Positions 26,101 through 38,459 are shown, numbered from the stretch's first letter. The stretch is DNA of 64,000 nt from Azolla caroliniana (GCA_043228905.1 JBHGNT010000016.1:10416001-10480000), one strand, 5' to 3'. The notes: generated by a model from the letters alone, not told the origin. A program made the numbers and translations.

Positions 26101-29100
26101 TATCTACACTTCGAGGTAAAGGATGGATGCACAAAGGATGTATATGCTAAGGAGAGTGGGCTGGCTAAGTATCTATGTACTCGCGAGACAATTGATGTGT
26201 ATAGTTGTGGTATATACAATGGCATGCTAGATTTGGATCCTTTCGCACCCCTTGAAGAGCTTACCCAAGGATTGTCCAAATCGTTGCATAAAGCAGCCAC
26301 AAATGCCTTCCCTCACACATCGACCAATCCCCCCAAACTTGGTAGAGTAATACAAAATAGTTGGTATGATGAGGAATGTCGTAATACAAGGAGATGCTTG
26401 CAGCGTGATGTAACACGGGGCATTTATACACACAACCAAGCGAGAGCAACCTTCCAACGCCTCGTAAGGAAGAAGAAGAGATTTTATTTGGCTAAATTTG
26501 AAGATCATTTGTATCGCTTGTCTCTAGGACAAGAGAGTAAAAGAGCATGGAAAATATTTAATGAGAGGCAACCCACCACACAATTAACCTCACCATAGGT
26601 GTGGCATGAATATGCAAAGGTTCTATATGATATCCCGGGGCAACCTCCTCTTCCCCACCCGAATGCCTCACGCCCACATGAATCAACCTTCTTTACACCA
26701 CAAAATGTAAGAAATGCCATTGATCGGCTACAATTTGGGAAGGTCCAAGATCGTGATGGATTGGTGGGTGAGCACTTTATCTATGCCCGTGACACCTTGC
26801 TCCCATTGCTAGTACACATCTTTAATAGAGCCAAGTCTGAAGGTTTCCCTACTAGATGGACTCAGCATACCATTGTGCCAATCCTCAAGAGTGGAGACCC
26901 CATGATGCCAAGCAACTATAGGACAATCATGATTGGCCATTACTTGGCTAAACTATATGGGTCGATTCTAGAATCAGAATTGAGTATATGGGCAGAGCAG
27001 AATGGCTGCCATTCGGTTGGACAGGCAGGCTTTCGGAAGGGGTTCACAACTTTGGATCACATATTCACCCTCCGGGCCCTTATTGAGGGGGGGAGAGCCC
27101 ACAATAAGAGGATTTATTGCTGATTTGTGGATTTCCGAAAAGCCTTTGACATTGTGCCACGTGCTCGGCTTATGCAGCGGCTAGAAGCCCTTGGTGTTCC
27201 TACATATATGCAATGGGGAGTTTGTGCACTCTATGAATCTGTGTCAGGAAAAGTGCGGTCTTCCAAGGGATTGTCAGAGGCGGTGCCTAGCACAATTGGA
27301 GTGAAGCAAGGATGCCCACTATCCCCCACTCTCTTCGGTCCCTATATAGATGAGGTATCACATTACATAGAGAGATTCGGGGGTTCCGGAGCATGCCTAG
27401 CAGGTATAGATATACAAATATTACTATATGCTGATGACATTGTGCTAATTTCTGACTCTCCAGAGAGACTACAAAGACATCTAAATGCCTTAAAACTATT
27501 TTGTACAGACAAAGGTTTGTCAATCAACATGGACAAAACTAAAGTGATGGTGTTTAACACCACTCAAGCATGGATAACAAGATCAGAACCAGAATTCTTC
27601 TTGGGAGAGGAAAAGGTGGAATACACACGCTCCTACACATACCTAGGAGTAACATTTACAAGACCTAGGTTCTCCTTACAGGAGGCTGCTTGTGACTGGC
27701 TTTCTCGTGGATATGCAGCCCTTGGTGCTCTCGAGAGACAATGTGCACATTTGCAGTTCCAAGAGCCACGGACTAAGCTATGGCTATTTGATACACTTGT
27801 CACACCAACTCTTCTCTATGGAGTAGAAACATGGGGACCGAGACTTAACAAGGCAAATCATTGGAAAGATTTAGAGAGTCCTTTAGTGTCAATGATTGCT
27901 CGCATGATAAGGAGCAAATCATCGGTGCCCCACGAGATAATCCGGGCAGAGATGGGAGCAACACCTATAATAACCGAGGCATTGTTCCGATCAGTGACAT
28001 TTATCCACCGTCTTTGGGAGCTCCCTAAACGAAGGTACCCAAGGTTGGCACTTATGTCATCAAGACAACTGGCTGAAAATGGAGACATTCATTGTTGGTA
28101 TGCTGAAATGCAGCAATGGTTCGAGTCACATGGCATGAGTATAAATGCACTACCCCCGTTCCAATATAGCTTGGACTGTCCCCATCTAAATATGACCAAA
28201 GCGGAAAAGAATAGAGTGATCCGAATTATATTATTAACTTGGAAAACAAGATAACATGGATCAGCCCCAAAATACCACTTGGTACGACACACTTCTTACA
28301 TACATCGGAGGATGGATTCGTTATCAGGCCACCTTATAGGGACATACATCTATCCAATGCGCTACGTAGTGTGATAGGACAGCTGCGAACTTCATCACAT
28401 CAGCTACAGATTGAGGTAGGCAGATATACATGACTACCTCTAGAAGAGAGAATTTGCCAATTTTGTCATCAAGGAGAGGAATCTGAGGAACACTATGTTT
28501 GTCATTGTAGTCTCTTTTATGAAATCAGAGGGAGATACCATTGCCTCTTTAAACAAGTCTTTGGCCCACTATGCAAGGTAATGGAATATGAGGACCAATG
28601 ATGCCTAGGACTTTTCTTGCTAGACATCAAGAGACATCAGGAAAAGTTGTTGAAGAATACAGCCACACAATCTCATCCACAAAGAACAATCACAACTTTC
28701 TTTAGCCACTCCTACTAATGCTACAACTCCACCACGGGATACACAAATGGGCTCTAGACCAGGACATAACAAAGGGGTTACAAATGATCGGGCAATAGCA
28801 ATTTGCCGTGCATGTAGGCCCCGGACCCGGCCCCATGGACCATGACCTCGACAAAGTTGTCATCAATAGATATAAGCCATTATCTCCCGTCATCGTAGGT
28901 GCTTCCCTCGCTTCGGAGACATTTCCATTCTGGATCGACCTATGCTAGAGATCTTTTGAAGAGAAAAGCTACAATATACCTAACTTGAGAATCTCACATG
29001 TGCCAAAAACTAGATTCCCTCGTTTCTTCTCTTTTCATCTTATTTACTTTTATATTTACTGTGTAATATTTATTTTATTTTGATTTGTTCTCAAAAACAA

Positions 29101-32100
29101 GAAAACACTCAAGATGTAATCTCTTATTTGGTCTTATAGGCTATTTTGGCCTCTTAAAAGACATTAATATATCTTTTTTTCTTTCTTTCTTGGAATATCA
29201 CCTTGAGAATGTCAAAAGAAACAACACATTTTAGTTGGACTATGATAGTAGTTATGGATAATAGTTTACTAGAAAGGAGCACGCAACACATTAGACAATG
29301 TCACAAAGTCAGTACAATTCATTGTACCCATACTAACTACAGGTTAAAAGAGAGTGTAAAGAAGGGAAGGATTACTTTTAATCCTCGGGATTGAAACAAC
29401 CCATTAGGTCAAGTGTGAACTTGCCTGGGGGCCTTGGGTCTGGCTATAAATATGAGGTCTAGCTACCCTCATTTCATCATGTCTTGACTACGTCGAGACT
29501 CCGTTCTTGTGGTAGGTCAACTCTTGTAGCGAGCGCGCTAGCACCAGGTACGACTCGACGCCATGATGGTGGTATAGAATACTACGTTAAAAGTAATCCT
29601 TCCCTTCTTTACACGCTCGTTTAACCCTCACACTTTATCCACGTGTATAGAATACTACGGTAAATTCTCACCACAGGATATTATATGGTCATGCCTGTAA
29701 CATGTACTGTCAACAGTTTGAATGCTATCTGGCATTGCTAAGTGAGTATATGAGGAGAACTCGGTAGCATTACCAGACATACGTATAGATGCACCAGAAT
29801 CAATTATCTATTCTAGTGTAGAGGCAAGAGCATGTGTGTTACTAGTACCTTTGGCTGAATAAGCATAAGTGCCAACATTACCCCTGGGCATGAATGAAGT
29901 GGGTGTATTCTCAATCACACTCTTTTTATCATCCGTGGCTCTTTGCATCTATCTCATGTGTTCCATAATGTGATAGGCAAGCTGAGGATTTCCACGTCAG
30001 TTAGAAATTGAGATAGGCAGATATGCACGCAATCATATGGAAGAACAGGATTTGCCAATTGTGCTGGAACGTAGATCAGCCCTTCAACATCTCATGGTAG
30101 GAAGGTGGCCCCTCTACAAAGAACCTTTTTTACAAATGCCACAAGATGTATTTATTATGACCTCTTCTTATATAGATATACATCTATCTCGTACACTTTG
30201 TATGTGACAGGGCAACATAAATGAGATAGGTAGATATACATGCAAACCTATGAAAGAACAGATATGCCAACCGTGCTGTTAGGGGAGGAATCAGAGGAAC
30301 ACTATGATTGGCAATGTGATATATATTCTTCAATAAGAGGGAGATACGATTCTTTCTTCAAACAAGACTTCGGTGCATTTTGTGCCATGACTTCTTCAAA
30401 TAGCAACATATTGTGCATTTTGGGCCATGAACATCTGCATTGAATGTGCATCCCTCACTTTTGGGATCTCTCCTTCTTAAAGATGCCCATTTTGGAGATT
30501 TTTCAGAGACAAAGTTTTCAGTTCATCAAAGTTGAGAATCAAGTCCTTAATGTAGATCCTTTACTACCATAAGGTTTTTGTATTTATTTAGGTTTCTTGT
30601 TCTCAAAGACAAGAAACACTACTAAGAAATCTTTTGTTTGGTCGTTTAAGCCATTTTGGCATCGTAAAAGACGGTAATATCGCTTTCTATATATTTATGT
30701 TTCCGTAACATTGCTTCCAATGTTGCAGACCTTACTAGAATAGTACCCTCAACAAGGTTTACCATCGTAGAGATATGACAGTGTTGTTTCTCTGTTTTGC
30801 ATTATGTAACTTTCAGCATCTTGGTTGATATCCTCCCCTCAGACACATTCTATAATTAAAAAAAAATCTTTAGCCAGTCTATAATGCAATTAATTGACAC
30901 ATTCTATATTCATCATACCACATTCTCAAAGCCATCATGAAGTATAACTTGCTGCAAGTTCTTGAACCTGATGTCAATAGATGCATGATCTTTAGATCTC
31001 TGCTGCATAGCAAGGGAATAAATATTCCATTAGTGGCAGTTCTATTATGCAATTCAACACATTCTTCCTTCTTCATGCCACATTTTCAAAGACAGCATCA
31101 TGTATAACTTGCAGCAAGTTCTTGAAGCTAAAGTCAACAGATCCGTGAGTTTTAGATGTGTCCTGCATAGAAAAGGAATGATTTTTTATGCCTTATTTAC
31201 AATCCGGCAGGTCCAGTGGTACTATTTCTTCATGGTTTTCCAGAAAGCTGGTATTCATGGCGCAAGCAGATTCCAGTGTTTGCAGAGGCTGGATATCATG
31301 CAGTAGCTCCGGATTTACGTGGCTATGGTAATACTGATGCTCCAGAGGGTGTTGAAAAATACACTTATTTACATATTGTTGGTGATTTAATTGGACTTCT
31401 TGATACACTACAAGCTGAGAAAGTAAGAGCAAATGATCATTATCTTCATCATGGTTTATTTAATTTAGAAAATCTGGATTGATTAAATCTCAAAAGAGTT
31501 TCTCAACATTTTTTACAGGTATTTGTGGTTGCCCATGATTGGGGTGCTGTTATTGGTTGGAACCTATGTCTCTATCGCCCTGATAGGATCATTGCCTATG
31601 CCAGTCTTAGTACGCATATGATGCCACGAAACCCTGTTGGTAGCCCAGTGAAGCATCTTAGATCCATTTGTGGAGAGCATTATTATGTCTGTCAGTTTCA
31701 GGTATATCTTCAAGTTGTACTATTTATAAATATAAATGTCCTTAATGGCATTCGATGTATGTGCCGATATTCTTCTGTGTATGGACATTGGAATTCATGA
31801 CTCATCTATAGGATCCTTATCCTTAATGGGTAATCCAAGAACATGTATAATAAGTTAAAGAAAAGATTCCAATTTAAGCTGCTCTCAAAGAAATCCGGAT
31901 AAGCTGCAGTCCACTGCATGGTGTTATCTATCAAAGTCTTAAGACGAGAGATCATGTTTAGAATTTATAATATGTAGTAAGTAGACTCGTACTTATAAGT
32001 GTCAATGTTTAACAAGAGCTGGATGAGAGATTGTATGTTATAATTCCTGATATAATTTATACATTATCAATGACAATATATATCAGTGAATGCTTTGGTG

Positions 32101-32963
32101 TATATATACATATATATCATCTTTAAGATGTGGGCAAAATGAAACATTGTATTTTACTACGTGTATATTTTATCAGTTAAAGTATATTCATACTCATGCA
32201 TACGTGTATATGTCATCATTATATATATATATATATATATGTATATGTATATGTATGTATGTATGTATATGTAAATGGTTGACATGCTTACGTAGGTATG
32301 CACATGCAATTCTTATGAAACTCAAATTGGTGAGGATCATTCTCTAATTTTTAGGAACCTGGAAAAGCTGAGTCGCTTATATCAAGGATTTCTCCGAGAA
32401 GATTTTTCAAGAAGATATTTTCGAATAAGTTGACTTCTGACTACCGCTATTATGAAAGCAATGAGGACGAGGATGAGCTTCCAGATTGGATTTCAGAGGA
32501 GGTTATTGCGAACTATATCCACTCATTTAAGAAGAATGGATTTACACCAGCACTCAACTATTATAGGGCTTTACACTTGTAAGAACACGGGCCAAACGTG
32601 CACGATTATAATCTACGGCATGCTTGAATAAAATCTTTAATGGAATAATTTAATCTACAGGTTATTTGTATATTGATGAATTATGTATATCATTGAAGGT
32701 CTTGGGAGCTCACAGCACCTTGGACAGGTAGCAAGGTTATGGTTCCGAGTATTTTCATTGTTGGAGACAAAGATATTGTGTATAATATTCCTGGAGCTAA
32801 ACAATTTATACATGGTGGAGGAATGGCAGGTTTTGTCCCGAATTTGAAAGGCCCTGTCGTACTTGAAAATACAGGTCACTTCTTGCAAGAGGAAAAACCA
32901 ACTATAGTGAATGATCATATCTTAGCTTTCCTTAACAACGTTGGTTCAAAAAGCTATTTGTAA
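17035..32963 (+). CDS. Soluble epoxide hydrolase (alpha/beta hydrolase), 5 exons: 17035-17104, 31211-31422, 31519-31701, 32355-32578, 32699-32963; 954 nt, 317 aa
   Basis: GT-AG splicing gives an open frame with all EH motifs: NGINMHIAE, LHGFPESW, APDLRGYG, HDWG nucleophile, lid tyrosines YYVCQFQ and LNYYR, acid GDKD, base GHFLQEE. Confidence 0.93.
17790..18980 (-). pseudogene. Decayed Ty1/Copia PR-IN fragment in intron 1
   Basis: WIFDSGTSF, LWHGQLEHM, PLQYGVAERMNRT. Confidence 0.75.
19107..20270 (-). mobile_element. Deleted copy of the LINE family at 23935-29190
   Basis: Reverse complement matches the 3' UTR (AAGATGTAAT...GGTCTTATAG...CCTCTTAAAA) and the RT piece PTRWTEHTIVPILKGGDP. Confidence 0.8.
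21301..21842. mobile_element. Non-autonomous hAT-type DNA transposon (MITE), 542 bp
   Basis: 8-bp TSD GTTGCACC (21293-21300, 21843-21850). TIRs TAGGGATCGACAACAG / CTGTTGCCTATTCCTA (13/16). Subterminal AAACC/GGTTT repeats. Confidence 0.88.
24427..25379 (+). pseudogene. LINE ORF1 (coiled coil plus C-terminal IYLDDDLT motif), disrupted
   Basis: ORF pieces 24562-24780, 24817-25245 and 25041-25379. Confidence 0.75.
25386..28790 (+). pseudogene. LINE ORF2: AP endonuclease, reverse transcriptase, C-terminal Cys/His motif; in-frame stops
   Basis: TIWNCNG, RGSGGVAV, IILLGD, QAGFRKG, DFRKAFD, GVKQGCPLSP, LLYADD, YLGV, HQLQIEVGRY...ERICQFC...EEHYVCHC. Confidence 0.9.
29342..29702. mobile_element. Rearranged fragment of the LTR family at 43742-44195
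   Basis: 29342-29570 is the reverse complement of ~43893-44120; 29587-29702 is direct to ~44081-44195. Confidence 0.8.
29960..30690 (+). mobile_element. Highly decayed 3' fragments of the same LINE family
   Basis: GAAATTGAGATAGGCAGATAT, GAGGAACACTATG and the 3' UTR motif TTCTCAAAGACAAGAAACACT match 28400-29170. Confidence 0.65.
31211..31422 (+). CDS. Epoxide hydrolase exon 2
   Basis: CAG acceptor; PVVLFLHGFPESWYSWRKQ...LQAEK; donor GTAAGA. Confidence 0.93.
31519..31701 (+). CDS. Epoxide hydrolase exon 3
   Basis: TTTTACAG acceptor; VFVVAHDWGA...YYVCQFQ; donor GTATAT. Confidence 0.93.
32355..32578 (+). CDS. Epoxide hydrolase exon 4
   Basis: TTTTTAG acceptor; EPGKAE...LPDWISEE...GFTPALNYYRALH; donor GTAAGA. 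Confidence 0.9.
32699..32963 (+). CDS. Epoxide hydrolase exon 5
   Basis: AAG acceptor keeps the frame; SWELTAPW...GDKD...GHFLQEEKP...SKSYL*. Confidence 0.88.
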
Positions 32964-33184
32964 AAATTAAAAAGATTCAGGGGTTGGCTTGATTTTACGT
33001 AGACTATGTGTCATATTGGATCCTGAGATTGAGATAAACAAAATCGTTTGCTTGCTTTGAGTTCTAAATATATGATATATTAGTCAAGGCCACAAATTGT
33101 GTTATTGAGATGTATGGTTACCCATAAAAAGATTTCAATTTATTTGTTCTAATTTAGTGAAAATACCGGCATCTCTTAAAGGGT

Positions 33185-33720
33185 GTTGAGATCATGATTC
33201 ATGGGGCCGGGACCTATGTGCATGACAAATTGCTATTGCCCAATCTACCCTTTGTTATGTCCTTGTTGGGAGCCCATTTATTTAGCCCTTAATTGACTTG
33301 TAGCATTAGGAGTGATGGGGTGTCACAAAGTTGTGATTGTTGTCGGTCAACAACTTTTCCTCATGTCTCTTGAGTTCTAGCGAGAAACATTCTAGGCATC
33401 GTTGGTCCTTGGATTCCATTACCTTACATAGTAGACCAAAGCCTTATTTCATAGAAGACACTATTGTGACAAACATAGTGCTCTTCGAATTCCACTTCTT
33501 GATGATATAACCTGCAAATTCTTTCCAGAGGTATTTGTGCATATCTGCCTACCTCAATCTCCGACTTTTGTGATGAAATTCGGAGTTTCTCTATCACACT
33601 TCAAAGTGCATAGGATAGATGAATCTCCATATAAGATGGCCTGATGATAAATGCATTCTCCAATACGTGTAAAAAGTGTCTATCCAATGGGCTATCTTTA
33701 TACAAAATGGGAGAAGGAGG
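33185..33720 (-). mobile_element. Decayed 3' fragment of the same LINE family just downstream of the gene
   Basis: Reverse complement of ~28270-28850 (GGGCCGGG...CAAATTGCTATTGCCC; TATCTGCCTACCTCAATCT). Confidence 0.75.
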
Positions 33721-34399
33721 CACTTCTCCATAAGGCAACAATCCTAAAATATCCTAGTTGAGCAAAAGAAGCTTTACCCAAAATTGTTGTGTTGTTTCAA
33801 AGACCTCCCAATTTTGTTCTTAGAAGGTATGGTACTCCATTCTACCTTTAGTCCTTTCTGCACCTCGATTATTCAGGCTTGGTAGAATTGATGTACATAA
33901 TGGACAACGATCTTCTGGAGGAAAGTTGAAGAGAAATGCAAGCAAGCACTATATCAAATCAAATCGCTAAATAGTTGTTCACAATGTTACCATCCCAAGT
34001 CAATATTGGGATTTGTCAATATGTATGCATATGGATGGATGGATGGATACCTTAGTCATATTTTTCCGGGCTTTAAATTGGTTGATAATGATACACCAAA
34101 TAGAGTGAACTATACTCTAAGCTTATTTATGAACACAAGGTATCCAATTACATAGGAATGACTTTTGTCGAAGCGATGCAAAAGCGCAATTCTCCGTAAT
34201 GAACACCCAATTAGGGGTCACAATAATGGAGAACACAATGCTAATTTTGATAGGGACACCAAGAAACAACATGACCCTTCAAGATACCGACTTCGGTTTT
34301 GGATGATCGGTATTGTTTCTTTCGGCGTTGACGTTTTTGTGGCAGTTTCGGTTCCTCTCCCTCAAGCCTATGATGAAGGCTTGTCGTGCGAAATTGGCC

Positions 34400-37300
34400 G
34401 ACTACTTTCACCCATCGTGGGTTACAAGCTCTCGGGCTCTTGTTCGGCCGCTACCTTCATTGCGAAGGCGTAACGATGGGCCATATACTCGCTGTAGCCG
34501 AGCCGAGTGACAAGATTCTTCTCTCTAGAAGAGTGTCGAAGTTTTTCGCTCGCCGATGTGAGCGCCTTCTTTACTCCGGGTGCACGCATGATGGGTACAT
34601 CAAACTCACTATCTAGTGAGGGAGCCGACACATCCGAATCACTGTCGTCGAGGTGATCGACTTCGTATTCGGGCATCTTACCTTTGCCTTTATCCAAGTT
34701 CGTACTTGGCTGCGATGTGCTTGGGTCGCGTGGGGGCTCTTGTGGCCCACTAGGCCTTGCTGTAATCGGGCTGTCTTCGAACATGTGTTCGAAGCGATCT
34801 CCATCTTCTACCTCTTGTTCGGCGGATTCCGGGTCGTGCGGAGTCGGAATCAAAGTCGCATCTGGTGCGTACTAGGATGCGGACTCGTCGAAGACTACGT
34901 CTCAACTTACCCGAACCGCTTGGGTAGAAGGGTTGTAACACTTGTATGCCTTCTTCTCGGACGAGTATCCTATGAGGATACATTCCTTCGACTTCGCGTC
35001 GAGCTTCTGTTGTTGTTTGTTCGGGATGCGTACATTCGCAATGCTTCCGAACACCTTGAGGTGCGACAGGATCAACTTCCTTCTGACGAGGAGCTCGTAT
35101 GGAGTTAGCTCATGCACTCCATTAGTGGTGCATTGATTCATGAGATAGACGGCCGTGGATGCCGCTATGGCCCAATAGAAATTCGGCATGTGCTTCTCAT
35201 GCATCATGGCGCGTGCTACCTCAAGTATTTGCCAATTCTTCGTTTCGGCTACTCCATTTTGTTGGGGTGTGTGTCGGCATGAGAAATCTCTACGAATGCC
35301 TTCACTTTGGAGGTAGGAGGTGAATTCGTCAGAGAAGTACTCCTTGCCTCCATCCGATCGTAGGCATCAAATGTGCCGACCGGTTTCTTTCTCGACTTGG
35401 CCCTTGAGCTTTTGGAAGTGGGAGAGCACTTTGCTTTTCTTCTTCATCGGGTAGATCCATGCATAGCGGGAGTAGTCATCGATGAAGGTTACGTAGTATC
35501 GGCATCTGCCGATTGTCGGTGTTTGAGCCGGTCCCCATACATCCGAGTGTATGGCATCGAGGAGGCCTTTGCTTGCGGAGCTCTCCTTCGGGAATGGGAG
35601 TCGATGTTGTTTGCCGAGTTGACACGCTTCGCATACTCGGTCGACTTGTTTCGACTCGAATGTCGGAAGACCGATGAAGACTCCCTTGGTTTGCATAGCT
35701 CGAAGCCATTGGAGGTTTATGTGTCCGATTCACTTGTGCCACAACTTGATGCTTGTCTTGGTTCTAAGACTTTTAGCGTACATTGCCGATTTCACCTCGT
35801 TTGAATCGAGGATGAATATTCGGCTATCTCTCCGCCCCTTCGCTATGAGTCAGCCATCTTTCTCGATGAAGCATCCTTCTTTGTTGAAGTGGATTTGCAT
35901 GCCTTGCTCCACGATTTGGCTAACGGAGACCAGATTCTTTGTTATTGTGGGTGTTGTCCATAGGCCAGAAATATAAATACATTATGTAAACTCATCATTA
36001 GGTAGAAGAGTAGGTGAGGAAATAGGTAAAACTAGAGATAACCGAGTTTTAGCCCTCACAATCAGCTGATGGCTCGGCTCTGTCTCAAGAGGAAAACTAT
36101 ATAACCCGAGTAAAGCATAACTCAAGGGGGATATCTAGATCACTTTTAGCAAGATTAATATCGTAGCACCGAGCTCTGCACGAACTGTGTCCGACCGAGA
36201 GCCGTGTACTGTAATCACTGTGAGCTTTATCATTTAATATAAGTTTCGCTCCTACTATTCTTTTATCTGTGTATTCTCCCCGTTCTCGTAAACCGAGCTA
36301 CGTTTATGCCTAATGGGTTGTAGCCCGTATACGCTCCTCGTTCTCCTATCGTCTTCTCAGTGGAGAAGAAGCTTCCACGTAACACGATCCTTGATACCGA
36401 TAGCCTGTGGGCTCATCGAAGGTGTTTTCCTAGAAACGGTTAACAGTGGGCACATGCAAGACATTCTTGATGCAATTGTTCTTGCCATCATTGCCGAATG
36501 GAACGTTGCCGATGTGCCGAATGGGATGCGTGGTGTCGTCTCTCTTCTGTATGTAGCCGGGTCGATCCGGTGTACGCAAGTCATTGAACCACTCCTTGTG
36601 GGATGTCATGTGATGTGAGGCGCCGGAATCGACGAACCACACGTCTTCCGAATTGGAGGTGCTTGCAGAGTTGGAGGCCGTCATAGAGTTTGCTCTATGC
36701 CTCATTATGAACATTCCGCCACGGTCTCCGTAGTCGGAATTCGTGGCGTAATTTGTAAACATTTCACTACGATCGTCGTAGTCAAAATTCGATGCGTGAT
36801 TCGTGAACATTCCACTACGATTGTTGTAGTCGGCGTTCAATGCGTAGTTTGGGAGTTGTCGAATTGTTGAAGCCGACTCACTTCTCTTTTTCCGACACTC
36901 CGCCTCGTAGTGGCCGACTTTGCCGCAATAATTGCAAGTTGCGAGCCTCATTTGCTGACCATGTTCAGTGTGGAAGCTCCCCCCTTCTTCTGAAGGTTCC
37001 TCGATGGCTTTCGTGAAGGTTTGAGTTCCCTTCGTGTGATGGGTCAAATTGACCTCTTCTACCGCCGTGACCTCCTACTCGGCCACCGTCCGAATTCGAG
37101 AAGAACATTTGTCCTTCCGACGTCTTGCTTTTGGTTCGGATGTGGTTCTCTTCAACCAATCGCATTGATTGGAGGTCGAAGAATGAAGGAGGGTTTTCTC
37201 TCGTCAAGATTGCTGTCCGTAATGGATCAAATCGTTGTGCGAGGCCGCCCAAGCATACTTGAACCATCTCGTCTTCGTCAACGTTTATGTTGATGGAGCC

Positions 37301-38314
37301 AAGTGAGTCGCAAATGCTCTTGATCTTGGCGGTGTAGTCCGAGACGGACATGTCTTTTTGTCGAATGTTACTCAACTCTTGTCAGAGTTGAAGCTTTCGG
37401 GCAGTTGTGTTGGCGGCAAACATTTTCTTTAAGTTCATCCACGCTTCTTTAGGCATCTTGGCATCTCGAATATGGCTAAGCATGTGGTCGTGGACACATG
37501 TTGCCAAGCAATACATGACTCGACTAGCCGCTTGCTCCCATGTTGCGTAGTCGGCGTTCTTTGAGTCAGGTCGATTTTCTTGAGCGCCGTTGATGTAGCT
37601 CCAATACCCTTGGCCGACAAGGTATTGGGCCATCTTGTACTCCCAAGATGAATAATTGCTCTGGTCTAGCTTTTCACTAGGGAGCGAGCTACCCATTTGT
37701 GTGTTCATGTTGATTGTAGTGTCTTCTCTTCTTTTGATCACATACATGTGCTACGTAGCGGCACTACGGTAGCTGATAGCCGGATTTTGTCGTCGGCGTC
37801 TCGAACACACAATCAAAGAGTCGGGTGGGCTTAGTGGATTTTCTAAACCACACGCTCTGATACCATGTTAAGAATTAGGTAAGTAATTAAGCAAGGGTTA
37901 ATTAGTACCTAATTATGTGATTAGTTGATAAGCAGAAGATTAACTGATATGTGTGTGTATGTCTATGAGAGGAAGAGAGAGAGAGAGAGAGGTACACTTA
38001 TGAACAACACAAGATGGGGGATGAGTAACTATATTAAATTAGCATTATCTTCATCATCAAATACAAAAATACCATCAATGAGGTATATATAGATCTCATG
38101 TGCAAGGGTGCACATGTGTGAGGAGAATATAGGTACAAACGTGTAAGTTCTATATTAAATGACCTTGGGAGTGGAGGATCTGGAATATCATACTTAGTAC
38201 AAGGTCCTATTTAAGGCGTTATAGTCAGCACTTCTAACTAGATTCTATGTAGGTAACGATGAAGTTACATGGTTCACTAACTAACTAAACTAAGTTGAGC
38301 TTGATCTCTCAACA
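34400..38314 (-). mobile_element. Ty1/Copia (related to element A): 5' LTR 37866-38314, PBS 37854-37865, gag, PR, IN; 3' half missing
   Basis: GCTCTGATACCA, KLDQSNYSSW, CNYCGKVGHYEAEC, WFVDSGASHHMT, IHSDVWGP, AAEQEPES. Confidence 0.88.
35952..36445. mobile_element. Solo LTR (494 bp), TSD GTGGG
   Basis: TGTTG...TAACA flanked by GTGGG (35947-35951, 36446-36450); removal restores LHVPTITKNL. Confidence 0.88.
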
Positions 38315-38459
38315 AGATATAATCAATGATCAACCCCAAGTTGTAAATCTATCCCAATATGTACTCTTTAGAGTGCACATTTTGTGATAGTGCTCCAAAT
38401 GAGGAGTACCTATTGTGCAACTCGACCATATGGGTTGATAACGTGTCAATCTAGGAAAC

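Larger units (their letters stand above)
23935..29190 (+). mobile_element. Near full-length non-LTR retrotransposon (LINE, RTE-X-like) with a (CTTT)n tail
   Basis: 5' short repeats, ORF1, ORF2 with APE and RT, 3' UTR and CTTT tail; inserted at a CTTTCT(C)TTG site in the Copia. Confidence 0.88.
20271..29335 (-). mobile_element. Decayed Ty1/Copia in intron 1 (3' LTR to 20455, PPT 20456-20464, RH, RT, IN), split by a hAT MITE and a LINE
   Basis: DQVADCLTKGL, YQRLVGWLIYL, LHQLDVKNAFLHGEL, CDACEF. The peptide VIFQE|KGTG is rejoined across the LINE (29190/23930). Confidence 0.8.
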
